This document shows, piece after piece, positions 1-11,700 of a DNA stretch of 64,000 nucleotides. Source of the stretch: Antedon mediterranea (taxonomy: Eukaryota; Animalia; Echinodermata); the NCBI RefSeq assembly GCF_964355755.1, contig NC_092670.1, forward strand, positions 21,500,795-21,564,794, in the 5' to 3' direction. The position numbers and the translations under genes are program-made. Every line of letters begins with the position of its first letter. Position 1 is the first letter of the stretch. Under the pieces are notes generated by a model, which saw nothing but the letters and a program-made list of their open reading frames with translations, searched no databases and was not told the DNA's origin.

Positions 1-462
1 AAAAACAGTAATGTTGGTTTTGATTTGGGCCTCTGCACTTGAACATTACGGCCAGCTAGTAAAATCTACAACAAACTAGATCAGTAAACTAGTTTTGAAC
101 AAAGAAATTTATATCAAAAGATCTGTTTTATCCAATCAAATTAACTCCCATGAAAATCCCTAGTGGTATAATGATAAGGGTGTTCAATTATCAAGAAAAG
201 AGTCCAGTTCGAGCCTTTTCACTATCTAACATTTTTTAATGTTTAAAAACATTATTAACATTAATTGTTATAGCAGGTAATTTAAAATGTCTTTTTATAA
301 TTACCGGTAACAATTAAAACAAATGGATTGGTTTCACTGGCAGATTGCCTTTACTGTGCATTACTGTATATTGATGATTTCTGCAATTATGTAAACAATG
401 AAAATGACTCACTCACTCACTCACTCATTCATATACCTTTTGTGAGTAAACTAAATAACTAT

Positions 463-2158
463 ACAGGATGATGAATAATGTGTACACCTCCTGATGATAA
501 CTACAGTACACGATGATGAATAGGTGTACACCTCCTGATGACAACTACAGTACACGATGATGAATAGGTGTACGCCTCCTGATGATAACTACAGTACACG
601 ATGATGAATAGGTGTACACCTCCTGATGATAACTACAGTACATGATGATGAATAGGTGTATGCCTCCTGATGATAACTACAGTACACGATGATGAATAGG
701 TGTACGCCTCCTGATGATAACTACAGTACACGATGATGAATAGGTGTACGCCTCCTGATGATAACTACAGTACACGATGATGAATAGGTGTACACCTCCT
801 GATGACAACTACAGTACACGATGATGAATAGGTGTACGCCTCCTGATGATAACTACAGTACACGATGATGAATAGGTGTACACCTCCTGATAACTACAGT
901 ACATGATGATGAATAGGTGTATGCCTCCTGATGATAACTACAGTACACGATGATGAATAGGTGTACGCCTCCTGATGATAACTACAGTACACGATGATGA
1001 ATAGGTGTACGCCTCCTGATGATAACTACAGTACACGATGATGAATAGGTGTACGCCTCCTGATGATAACTACAGTACATGATGATGAATAGGTGTACGC
1101 CTCCTGATGATAACTACAGTACACGATGATGAATAGGTGTACGCCTCCTGATGATAACTACAGTACACGATGATGAATAGGTGTACGCCTCCTGATGATA
1201 ACTACAGTACACGATGATGAATAGGTGTATGCCTCCTGATGATAACTACAGTACACGATGATGAATAGGTGTACGCCTCCTGATGATAACTACAGTACAC
1301 GATGATGAATAATGTGTACACCTCCTGATGATAACTACAGTACACGATGATGAATAGGTGTACACCTCCTGATGATAACTACAGTACACGATGATGAATA
1401 GGTGTACACCTCCTGATGATAACTACAGTACACGATGATGAATAATGTGTACCCTCCTGATGATAACTACAGTACACGATGATGAATAGGTGTACGCCTC
1501 CTGATGATAACTACAGTACACGATGATGAATAGGTGTACGCCTCCTGATGATAACTACAGTACACGATGATGAATAGGTGTATGCCTCCTGATGATAACT
1601 ACAGTACACGATGATGAATAGGTGTACGCCTCCTGATGATAACTACAGTACACGATGATGAATAGGTGTACGCCTCCTGATGATAACTACAGTACACGAT
1701 GATGAATAGGTGTACGCCTCCTGATGATAACTACAGTACACGATGATGAATAGGTGTACGCCTCCTGATGATAACTACAGTACACGATGATGAATAGGTG
1801 TACGCCTCCTGATGATAACTACAGTACACGATGATGAATAGGTGTACGCCTCCTGATGATAACTACAGTACATGATGATGAATAGGTGTGCGCCTCCTGA
1901 TGATAACTACAGTACACGATGATGAATAGGTGTGCGCCTCCTGATGATAACTACAGTACACGATGATGAATAGGTGTGCGCCTCCTGATGATAACTACAG
2001 TACATGATGATGAATAGGTGTACACCTCCTGATGATAACTACAGTACACGATGATGAATAGGTGTACGCCTCCTGATGATAACTACAGTACACGATGATG
2101 AATAGGTGTACGCCTCCTGATGATAACTACAGTACACGATGATGAATAGGTGTGCGCC
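463..2158. repeat. 44-bp minisatellite, ~38 copies, unit CTCCTGATGATAACTACAGTACACGATGATGAATAGGTGTACGC
   Basis: Unit starts at 488, 532 and so on (period 44). Near-identical copies with a few recurrent variants (TACAC/TACGC/TATGC/TGCGC). Confidence 0.97.
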
Positions 2159-2428
2159 TGCATTGTTAATCTTAATCTGTGATATTAAGTCTCTTAAACT
2201 AGTGCATAGAGCGTGGATCAGTTGCGAGAGAGAGGCATGTTACTGATCAATACTTTACTGGCATATGATATAATACTGAGATTTATTACCATAGAAATAT
2301 TCATAATATCTCCATGTACTGTAATATCATACTGTATGATATGGTAGTACAATTAGGTAAAACGGTATTTAAAACCAAGTTACAGAAGAACCTCTGTTAA
2401 TGGGGCACATTAAAAAGTATCCTCTGAC

Positions 2429-4790
2429 AGTTTAGTACACAGTACATTGCCTCTCATTCCTTTCACATCAAAGTGTCCCCTTGATAGTGGTGTGCCCAGT
2501 TTAGTGTACAGTACATTGCCTCTCATTCCTTTCACATCAAAGTGTCCCCTTGATAGTGGTGTGCCCAGTTTAGTACACAGTACATTGCCTCTCATTCCTT
2601 TCACATCAAAGTGTCCCCTTGATAGTGTTGTGCCCAGTTTAGTACACAGTACATTGCCTCTCATTCCTTTCACATCAAAGTGTCCCCTTGATAGTGGTGT
2701 GCCCAGTTTAGTACACAGTACATTGCCTCTCATTCCTTTCACATCAAAGTGTCCCCTTGATAGTGGTGTGCCCAGTTTAGTGTACAGTACATTGCCTCTC
2801 ATTCCTTTCACATCAAAGTGTCCCCTTGATAGTGGTGTGCCCAGTTTAGTACACAGTACATTGCCTCTCATTCCTTTCACATCAAAGTGTCCCCTTGATA
2901 GTGGTGTGCCCAGTTTAGCACACAGTACATTGCCTCTCATTCCTTTCACATCAAAGTGTCCCCTTGATAGTGGTGTGCCCAGTTTAGTGCACAGTACATT
3001 GCCTCTCATTCCTTTCACATCAAAGTGTCCCCTTGATAGTGGTGTGCCCAGTTTAGTGTACAGTACATTGCCTCTCATTCCTTTCACATCAAAGTGTCCC
3101 CTTGATAGTGGTGTGCCCAGTTTAGTGTACAGTACATTGCCTCTCATTCCTTTCACATCAAAGTGTCCCCTTGATAGTGGTGTGCCCAGTTTAGTGTACA
3201 GTACATTGCCTCTCATTCCTTTCACATCAAAGTGTCCCCTTGATAGTGGTGTGCCCAGTTTAGTACACAGTACATTGCCTCTCATTCCTTTCACATCAAA
3301 GTGTCCCCTTGATAGTGGTGTGCCCAGTTTAGTACACAGTACATTGCCTCTCATTCCTTTCACATCAAAGTGTCCCCTTGATAGTGGTGTGCCCAGTTTA
3401 GTACACAGTACATTGCCTCTCATTCCTTTCACATCAAAGTGTCCCCTTGATAGTGGTGTGCCCAGTTTAGTGTACAGTACATTGCCTCTCATTCCTTTCA
3501 CATCAAAGTGTCCCCTTGATAGTGGTGTGCCCAGTTTAGTGTACAGTACATTGCCTCTCATTCCTTTCACATCAAAGTGTCCCCTTGATAGTGGTGTGCC
3601 CAGTTTAGTGTACAGTACATTGCCTCTCATTCCTTTCACATCAAAGTGTCCCCTTGATAGTGGTGTGCCCAGTTTAGTACACAGTACATTGCCTCTCATT
3701 CCTTTCACATCAAAGTGTCCCCTTGATAGTGGTGTGCCCAGTTTAGTGTACACAGTACATTGCCTCTCATTCCTTTCACATCAAAGTGTCCTCTTGATAG
3801 TGGTGTGCCCAGTTTAGTGTACAGTACATTGCCTCTCATTCCTTTCACATCAAAGTGTCCCCTTGATAGTGGTGTGCCCAGTTTAGTGTACAGTACATTG
3901 CCTCTCATTCCTTTCACATCAAAGTGTCCCCTTGATAGTGGTGTGCCCAGTTTAGTACACAGTACATTGCCTCTCATTCCTTTCACATCAAAGTGTCCCC
4001 TTGATAGTGGTGTGCCCAGTTTAGTACACAGTACATTGCCTCTCATTCCTTTCACATCAAAGTGTCCCCTTGATAGTGGTGTGCCCAGTTTAGTACACAG
4101 TACATTGCCTCTCATTCCTTTCACATCAAAGTGTCCCCTTGATAGTGGTGTGCCCAGTTTAGTGTACAGTACATTGCCTCTCATTCCTTTCACATCAAAG
4201 TGTCCCCTTGATAGTGGTGTGCCCAGTTTAGTACACAGTACATTGCCTCTCATTCCTTTCACATCAAAGTGTCCCCTTGATAGTGGTGTGCCCAGTTTAG
4301 TGTACCCAGTTTAGTGTACAGTACATTGCCTCTCATTCCTTTCACATCAAAGTGTCCCCTTGATAGTGGTGTGCCCAGTTTAGTGTACAGTACATTGCCT
4401 CTCATTCCTTTCACATCAAAGTGTCCCCTTGATAGTGGTGTGCCCAGTTTAGTACACAGTACATTGCCTCTCATTCCTTTCACATCAAAGTGTCCCCTTG
4501 ATAGTGGTGTGCCCAGTTTAGTGTACAGTACATTGCCTCTCATTCCTTTCACATCAAAGTGTCCCCTTGATAGTGGTGTGCCCAGTTTAGTGTACAGTAC
4601 ATTGCCTCTCATTCCTTTCACACCAAAGTGTCCCCTTGATAGTGGTGTGCCCAGTTTAGTGTACAGTACATTGCCTCTCATTCCTTTCACATCAAAGTGT
4701 CCCCTTGATAGTGGTGTGCCCAGTTTAGTGTACAGTACATTGCCTCTCATTCCTTTCACATCAAAGTGTCCCCTTGATAGTGGTGTGCCC
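2429..4790. repeat. 69-bp tandem array, ~34 copies, apparently expanded inside a small TIR element
   Basis: Unit AGTTTAGT(AC/GT)ACAGTACATTGCCTCTCATTCCTTTCACATCAAAGTGTCCCCTTGATAGTGGTGTGCCC. Small insertions near 3750 and 4310 break the 23-aa repeat ORFs. Confidence 0.97.
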
Positions 4791-5003
4791 TAAATGGGGA
4801 CGTCCCAAAGGAAGGGTTCTACGTAACTGTACTCATTACTTGACACTAAAAACATACGGTAGTACCTACAGTACGACTGTATATTTATTACACTACTGTA
4901 CATAGAGTAATACTGTACTACAATAAAAAGTAAATTACACAATTAAAACACAGTAATATTTATTAGACACTATACAGAACATTACACTATCAACACAGTA
5001 ATA

Positions 5004-5543
5004 ACTAGAGGGTACTCCGAGAGTACAAACCTCCGCCTACTGTAAAATTCCCCCCGAAAATGTTTTTTTTTTACATTTCTTTTATTAGTTCTAAAGTGTA
5101 AATAGGCTAACTGCACACTACAAAGTAGTGGATGAGAGTTTGGTGTAATGGTTATGTATCCAGCCTCTCACAGTTGAGGTCCCTGGTTCAAGTCTGGCTG
5201 AGGTTTTTTTTTTATTATTTTTTTTTTGTGGACCTTGATCTTTAACCCTGACCCTTCAAAATGTAACCACAATTATATGATGAGTTGATAATTGTGGCTA
5301 AGTTTGGTGAGAATCGGATCAAAACTGTGGTCTCTAGGCAGTAAAAGAGTTTTTTGTTAGTTGTGACCTTGACCTATGACCTTTCCCCCTCAAATTCGAA
5401 CTCGTCCGAGCTTTTGGGGCATAGATCATTGTGGCCAAACTTGGTGAGAATCGGATAAAAACTGTGGCCTCCAGGCTGTTCACAGACACACACAAACACA
5501 CAGACATACAGGGGTGAAAACATAACCTCCTTGGCGGAGGTAA
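5004..5543 (+). mobile_element. Helentron-associated/pearl-like non-autonomous element (HINE type)
   Basis: Subterminal ACCTCCGCC (~5029) is complementary to GGCGGAGGT in the 3' hairpin ACCTCCTTGGCGGAGGT (~5525-5541). Two ~140-bp internal core repeats (GACCTTGA...ATTGTGGC.AA.TTGGTGAGAATCGGAT.AAAACTGTGG). ACAG/ACAC microsatellite before the 3' hairpin. Confidence 0.7.
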
Positions 5544-5937
5544 TTATTAGACACTATACAGTAAATTACACTATTAATATAGAATATAAAGTAATAATTA
5601 TTATACACTATATAGTAATAATATTAGACTACTGTACATTTGCCTTCAACTTTTTCCATCTAAAATAAAAACCTTGAAACTATCACCATCTGCTTAATGT
5701 CATAAAATCGCCAAGCTTCATGCCATTACAATCAACAATAGGTCTAAATTGCTAAAACATTTTATCATTAGAGAATTAATTTGATTGAAATTTATTTCAA
5801 TATTAGATAAGTCCACCTGAAGGACACCAACAGCTTACAGTACAATTAAATGATTGTTAATGTTATTTACCAATCATGTCATTTTATGTTTTAATATGGC
5901 TGTATGACATTTAAGAAAAATTAATAATACAAATTCG

Positions 5938-6859
5938 GGCGCTACTGCAGTTTCGCACCACACTGTTATATCTTCGATTTCTCACCTAAACTTTCCCTTT
6001 TCACACTCACAACATAATATTATGTAACATGTTTATATAATACGATTAGACCACTTACGAAGTAATTTTTTTTAAATAACAATAGTTTTCAAAACATTTT
6101 AAACGATACTGAACTCGGTGTCAACACACTGCGAAATGTTCGCCATCTTATATTTGTTCAATTAATTGCCAGAATAGATGCTTCATTTTGCCCAAAATTA
6201 TTAGAAACTATATAAAGGGTAGATTATAAAATCCGATTAAACATGTATTTACTTTTGAAATAGAAATGTTTTCAGCTGGCGTAGATAGGCCTAGATGTTA
6301 AATTAATATTTCATTATTATTATTCATATTAATAGGGCCTATCAAAGAAAATTATCTCGGTCACTAATCAATACATTCACTAAACAAAAACAAATAATTT
6401 TCTATTTGTAATACAGTATAACAATATTTGCTATGATGATGATGATTTTAGATATGAGTTTTACATATTGAAATTGAAATATGGTTAATGTTTTTTAAAA
6501 CTGTGAATTGTTTAAAAAAAATTAAAATGTTATATGTACGGACTCATATCGTCGCCCTTTTGATATGTACAGCAGGTTCTTTATAAAAGCACACTGCAGT
6601 TTAAAAATAAAAACAAAAAATAAAACGTATTGATTTCTGGCAATTTTCTGATTTTAAAATGGCCACAGTTCGATAGAAGTATTTGCGGAAAAGGAGCTGT
6701 TTTGAAAGGCATTTTTTATTGTGATAAATGTAATTTAACGGTGGCTAAATCATGTGAAAATATTACATAATGGCCCAAAATTGTATGATGTGAGTGTGAG
6801 AAAAAATGTAGGTGAGAAATCGAAGATATAACAGTGTGGTGCGAAACTGCAGTAGCGCC
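5938..6859. mobile_element. Non-autonomous TIR DNA transposon, Mutator-like
   Basis: Near-perfect TIR of about 50 bp starting GGCGCTACTGCAGTTTCGCACCACACTG. Flanks ACAAATTCG / AAAAATTCG form a 9-bp TSD with one mismatch. No ORF. Confidence 0.8.
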
Positions 6860-7731
6860 AAAAATTCGTTCATACAGTAGTAAAAAATTTCCTCCAGATT
6901 AGTAGTAAACACTGGCAATGGCATACTAGAACACTGTTATAGTCTAGTCACAACGGTCCCGTCACAACGTCATTGCCAAGAGATACTGTTGGGCTGATTT
7001 GTATCGCAGCAGATTTCAAACACAATTAACAACCAATATAATTATGATGATAAACGAAGGCCAATATTATTACCTAGGCTACCCCTAGTAGTAGTAACTT
7101 AGTTATAAAAGATTTATAATCAGACCTGTGTCGGTATTTTTATTAATAAATAAGGGTTATATCGCAAATAGTGTGTGCGACGCATGATGGGAGCAAACAA
7201 ACATTACATGATTTGTTGTTTGTACATACACGTTGTGACATTTGCTCCCAAACCCTTCACATTATGCATTGTGTAATGAAGTTCCTCGCGAAATCAAGCC
7301 ATTTGCGATAAACCTACTGTAGGCTACTAGTAGGAGGCCTCTAGGCCTACATTACATTAATAACAAATAAATGAAGCTGTGTAGTGTTGATTTTTGTTAT
7401 ATTAATAACTAGACCTAGGCTAGGCTAGTTAGCCTACTTCTATTAATTAGGCCCTAGACCTTCTACCCCATTTACTCTACTAGTCTAGGCCCCTAGCTAG
7501 CGCTAAAGTTAGACTAGGCCTAGGCATTTTTTTAAGGGCTTAGGCCTAGGCCTAGCTAGTAGGCCTAGCCTCTAGCTAGTACAGTAGCTAGCTAGGCCTA
7601 GGCCTAGGCTAGGCCTGGATGATTCTTGGTAAACTTATATACTAAACCACTTATTATTTAAAATCAAGTTACTCTAAGAAGCAAGATAATTTATCAGTAA
7701 AATTATAATAAATGTATACGACAAAACCTAC

Positions 7732-7920
7732 CATAAAACATTTTACATAACAACAACAGCAACAAAGAAGAAAGACCCAACCGACACACAGAATAGACAA
7801 AAAGAACACTCTCTCTATGCACACTCGAGCCTAGACTTTACAGCTCTAGACGTTGTGAGTTCGTTGCGAGACGTCGTACGTACAGAGACGAGAGACTAGA
7901 CGACGACCGCAGTTCCCCGG
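7732..7920 (-). promoter_or_regulatory. Probable promoter and first exon of an unidentified minus-strand gene continuing past the left edge
   Basis: CpG-rich patch at 7850-7920. Donor-like TTATG|GTAGGT at 7732/7731. Dense AGGCCT/CTAG tract downstream (7320-7620), as in the other first introns. Possible acceptor TTGTTGTAG at 66. No recognisable coding sequence. Confidence 0.5.
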
Positions 7921-8712
7921 AAGTTGTTTTGTTTATGTTTTTGCTTTGGGTACATTCCACCAATCAGCGACGATTTCTCTGAAATCATATTTCTTGTTTG
8001 GAGGGGAAGGGGGGGGGGGGTTGGGGGTGTGGAGAAAGATACTGATATTATGTATAAATATTCTAAAATAGAAGCTCCTTGATAGAAGGTGACACATAGC
8101 ATTTAAAACAATTGTACAAATTGACACGGACATCTTCGATATGAAAAATTAGTACCTTTAAATTAATGATTCATTAACAAGTTAACATAGAAAGTTTATA
8201 TTATTTCAGAAATAAAACAACATGAAACACAAAATTTGATACTAAATAAATACAATGGTTACATATAAATAAATGTTATCTTTATTGTATAAATTCTACT
8301 GCCCTTATATATATTCTTTCAATGTTTGGAAAATATTAGAATTTAGAAATGGGTAACTTAACAGACCTTACACAACTACAGGTTCATCTAGCTACTGATA
8401 ACAGGTTGACCAGGGAATTGATATTGAATCAAAGGACCAAATGTAATAGGATGCACACAATTGAGACCTGCATCTGGTCCCTTCTCAGCTTGTAATAGTA
8501 TGGTAATTGCAGAATGAAAAACCTATCATGCTTTTTAAGTATTGGTGGTGCGGTTGGACACAAGAGAAAAGAAAATTCTGATGAGCCAAAATTTCAACCA
8601 ACAAGCCAATACATTGGTGACAAACATTAAGGATGGGTAAGATCACATAAGCTATGTTCTCTAATGCTCAGAAATTCTATTGACCTCCAAATTAATATGC
8701 GACTCAATTGAA

Positions 8713-11700
8713 TTATTCGAGGTTTGCAATAGCTGCATTATATTTAGTTATAAATTCTGTAAAATCGACGTAAGATTGAATCAATCCATCCGCATCCGGT
8801 TCTTCTTCATCATTATTATGTTTATTCATAGTGTCTATTATACAACTGACCATATTTGGTTGGGGACCGCTACCCTCTGATGACTTTGTGTCTTGAGTGT
8901 TCTGAGGGCTTTGGTCCAAAGGCAGGCTTTCGTGTGAGTCTACTGTACTAGTATGTGATGATGTCACAGGTGATGGAGTTGAAACCACCGGCATATGCGG
9001 TGTAGGTGTAACACTCTCAGGTACTATCTGTAGAGCAGGCATCGAGTCCAATGGAGGTGGTGATAGCGATGGTATGTACAAAGTAGGTGGATCTGATCGC
9101 ACATTTGACTCACTATATGGCACAGTTACTGGACTATTATAAGTCTGTCTAAGTGAGTTACCAAGCGGAAAATTAAAATTCCGCACCAACAGCGTGATAT
9201 CATCTCGCTTTTCGCAAAACTTTGCTCGCATATTGTTCTGTAAATACGTATCGTGGTGGATGCGTAAAACTTTATCAACAACACCCTGTGCAACACCGCT
9301 AAGTGTTGATTGCACGTTGAACTCTTGTGCGACCATGTATGCAATGTCTTGGTTGACATGTGTGGTTGCCGTTGCTTCTTCCAATGATTTGTAAAGACCG
9401 TTTGTAAACATGCATAAGAATCCGCATTCACCAGCAAGAGGGATTCCTCCAATTACGTAGGGTTCTGCAATCACTGGTTCTCCACTTGCCATACTAAAAA
9501 ACAAAGAGCAGTATAAAGATGTAATAAGATTGAAACAGCACTATTATAATTTGCAGCTCCTCTACAATGTTGTATACTAATACAGTATATTACATAGCCT
9601 ATGTAAATACGCGAACGTGATTGGTTGAAACTGCATCACATGACTACCGCTGCGAGGATCGTAAATCGTATATATCCTCGAGAACGATGATGTTGACTGA
9701 GTAATTTTCGCGTAATTATCGTGTCCCCTGTCATTAAACATATACATTCTCGAGTTCGATGATATTGACTGTGTAATTTTCGTGTGGCAACACTCGCGTT
9801 TGCTGATAAATCAACAAAAGTCATCTACTCGATCTTGAACTCGGGTGGAATTGTCACTCCATCGCAAGACAACGCTTCAACCGCTGCGCCACGGAAGTTG
9901 CTTGAAGAAATTAATCATCTAAACTATTTAAACTATGCATACATAGCGCCCTCATTTGTTATTAGTCCTCCCTAAATGTGATGAAACACCGTTTGTGATT
10001 GGTCAATACTCACGGTAGTAACCTAGTAACTAGTACGCGCTGAACATCAGGTGATTCTTCGGCTCCTCGAAGAGAAGAAGACGAATTGTTTATTCGGCCT
10101 ACCTGATTATAATATTTATTATTAATAGGCTTATTGATGGAAATTCTCCTGTTAATTTAAACGACCTAGGCCTAAGTGAATATTTTATTGCCAAGGAATC
10201 ATTAATTAGTAATTATCTGTATATTATTCTTCGCAAGGTAAGGTGTCTAGGCAGGCTTGTTTAAATACAATACAAATAGTCTAATACTATAGGCCTAGCC
10301 TAGCTTCACCCAACCCAGCAGACTTGTTCTTGGCTATATAATATAACAGATATTGCCTTTTATATCGGTTAAATATAAGATTTGACATCCCCTCGGGAAT
10401 GATATTAAGTTCTCGGGGAATATATATTTCCCTCAGCTGGCGCTTCGGGAAATATATATTCCCTCGAACTTAATATCATTCCCTCGGGGATGTCAAATCT
10501 TATATTTAACCTCTAAGCAGTCAATATCTGTATAATAGCATATTTTGTAGAGCACTTTTAGATTCGGAAGCATACATTTTTTTTGTGAATACTTACATTA
10601 AGTTTGTGCACTTCATAATTAGTGTAGCATAAGCCATATGCTTGGCTATATTGAACCAGTATGTGGTCCATCATTATTTCAAAACCTATCCTAATTGTAT
10701 ATAATATATATATTTTTTTTACATTGGATGTGTATTATGAACTAACCCTAAAAATGTAAGAATAATATCAGGAACCTGTCAAATAGCGGATATCAAGAGG
10801 ATGAAGAAACGTTGTAAAATAAACATAATTCAAATCCCACCTTATAATATCAAATTCTTTGTATCCGCCTTTCATCGAGTAATCCCCTAAACTACGAGTG
10901 TTCTCATGACCTCCAAGCTGACGACCTTTGCTTAGTTTTGTTGTGTCAAGTCCGAGTTGATCGAGTCGTAATAGCTCATCTTCATTGCTGGTATTGTGAT
11001 CTGTGCTTATCTGTTTCACGTTTAATTTGCCATTGGCCCTTGTTACCAACAGAGCCCTTGAATCACCTAAAATACAAACAATATTTTATAATAATAATAA
11101 TTATTATTTACGTATTTGTATAGCGCCAGTATCAACTAAACCGAAGTAAAAATCAAAGGCGCTTATATTGGATGTTTAAAAGATGAGTTTCAAGTTCTTT
11201 TTAAAAAAATAGCAATAGATGTTGATTTAGTAAAATGACGAGGGAGAGAATTCCAAAGAGAAGCAGCAGAGAACATAAAAGACCTTTGTGCATAGGATTT
11301 GGTGTTTATTCTAGGAACAACCAGTATGTTTTGATCAGCTGAACGAAGACAAGCAAGAGGGACAATAGCACATGTATGAAAGTAAATTATACAGTCAAAC
11401 TTACCAACATTTCCTAGATAGAGTTTATGCTTGTGTATAAGACACACGACAGCTGTAGTACCTCCAGCAATCTGAGCATCCAGGTGTTGTATTTGTGCAA
11501 CTAGTTCTGGGTGCGACTTGTATAAATCGTAGTCTGTGTTACCCTAAATATAGAAAAGAAGATGTTACAGTTTTCATAACTACTGAATTCTCAATCCTCT
11601 CAATATTGTGTTTTGAGAAAGGGCATAAAAGAAAATATGATACAGTATGTCAAATACCAAAATACTATATCAAATGACTTACTTCTGGTAACTTATATTT

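Noticed and set aside
463-4790. CRISPR-like arrays
   Set aside because: Head-to-tail repeats with no unique spacers, no cas genes and a eukaryotic context.
2410-4793. Long 23-aa-repeat ORFs on both strands
   Set aside because: They arise because 69 is divisible by 3 and the unit lacks stops. Copies are almost identical at DNA level, with frameshifting insertions and no splice or domain context.
5140-5200. Possible tRNA genes (also 160-215 and 32750-32810)
   Set aside because: A/B-box-like words only, with no intact acceptor or anticodon stems; treated as SINE-derived.
5625-5670. Acceptor followed by ATG on the minus strand (MEKVEGKCTV*)
   Set aside because: Stops after 10 codons, with no convincing donor or homology.
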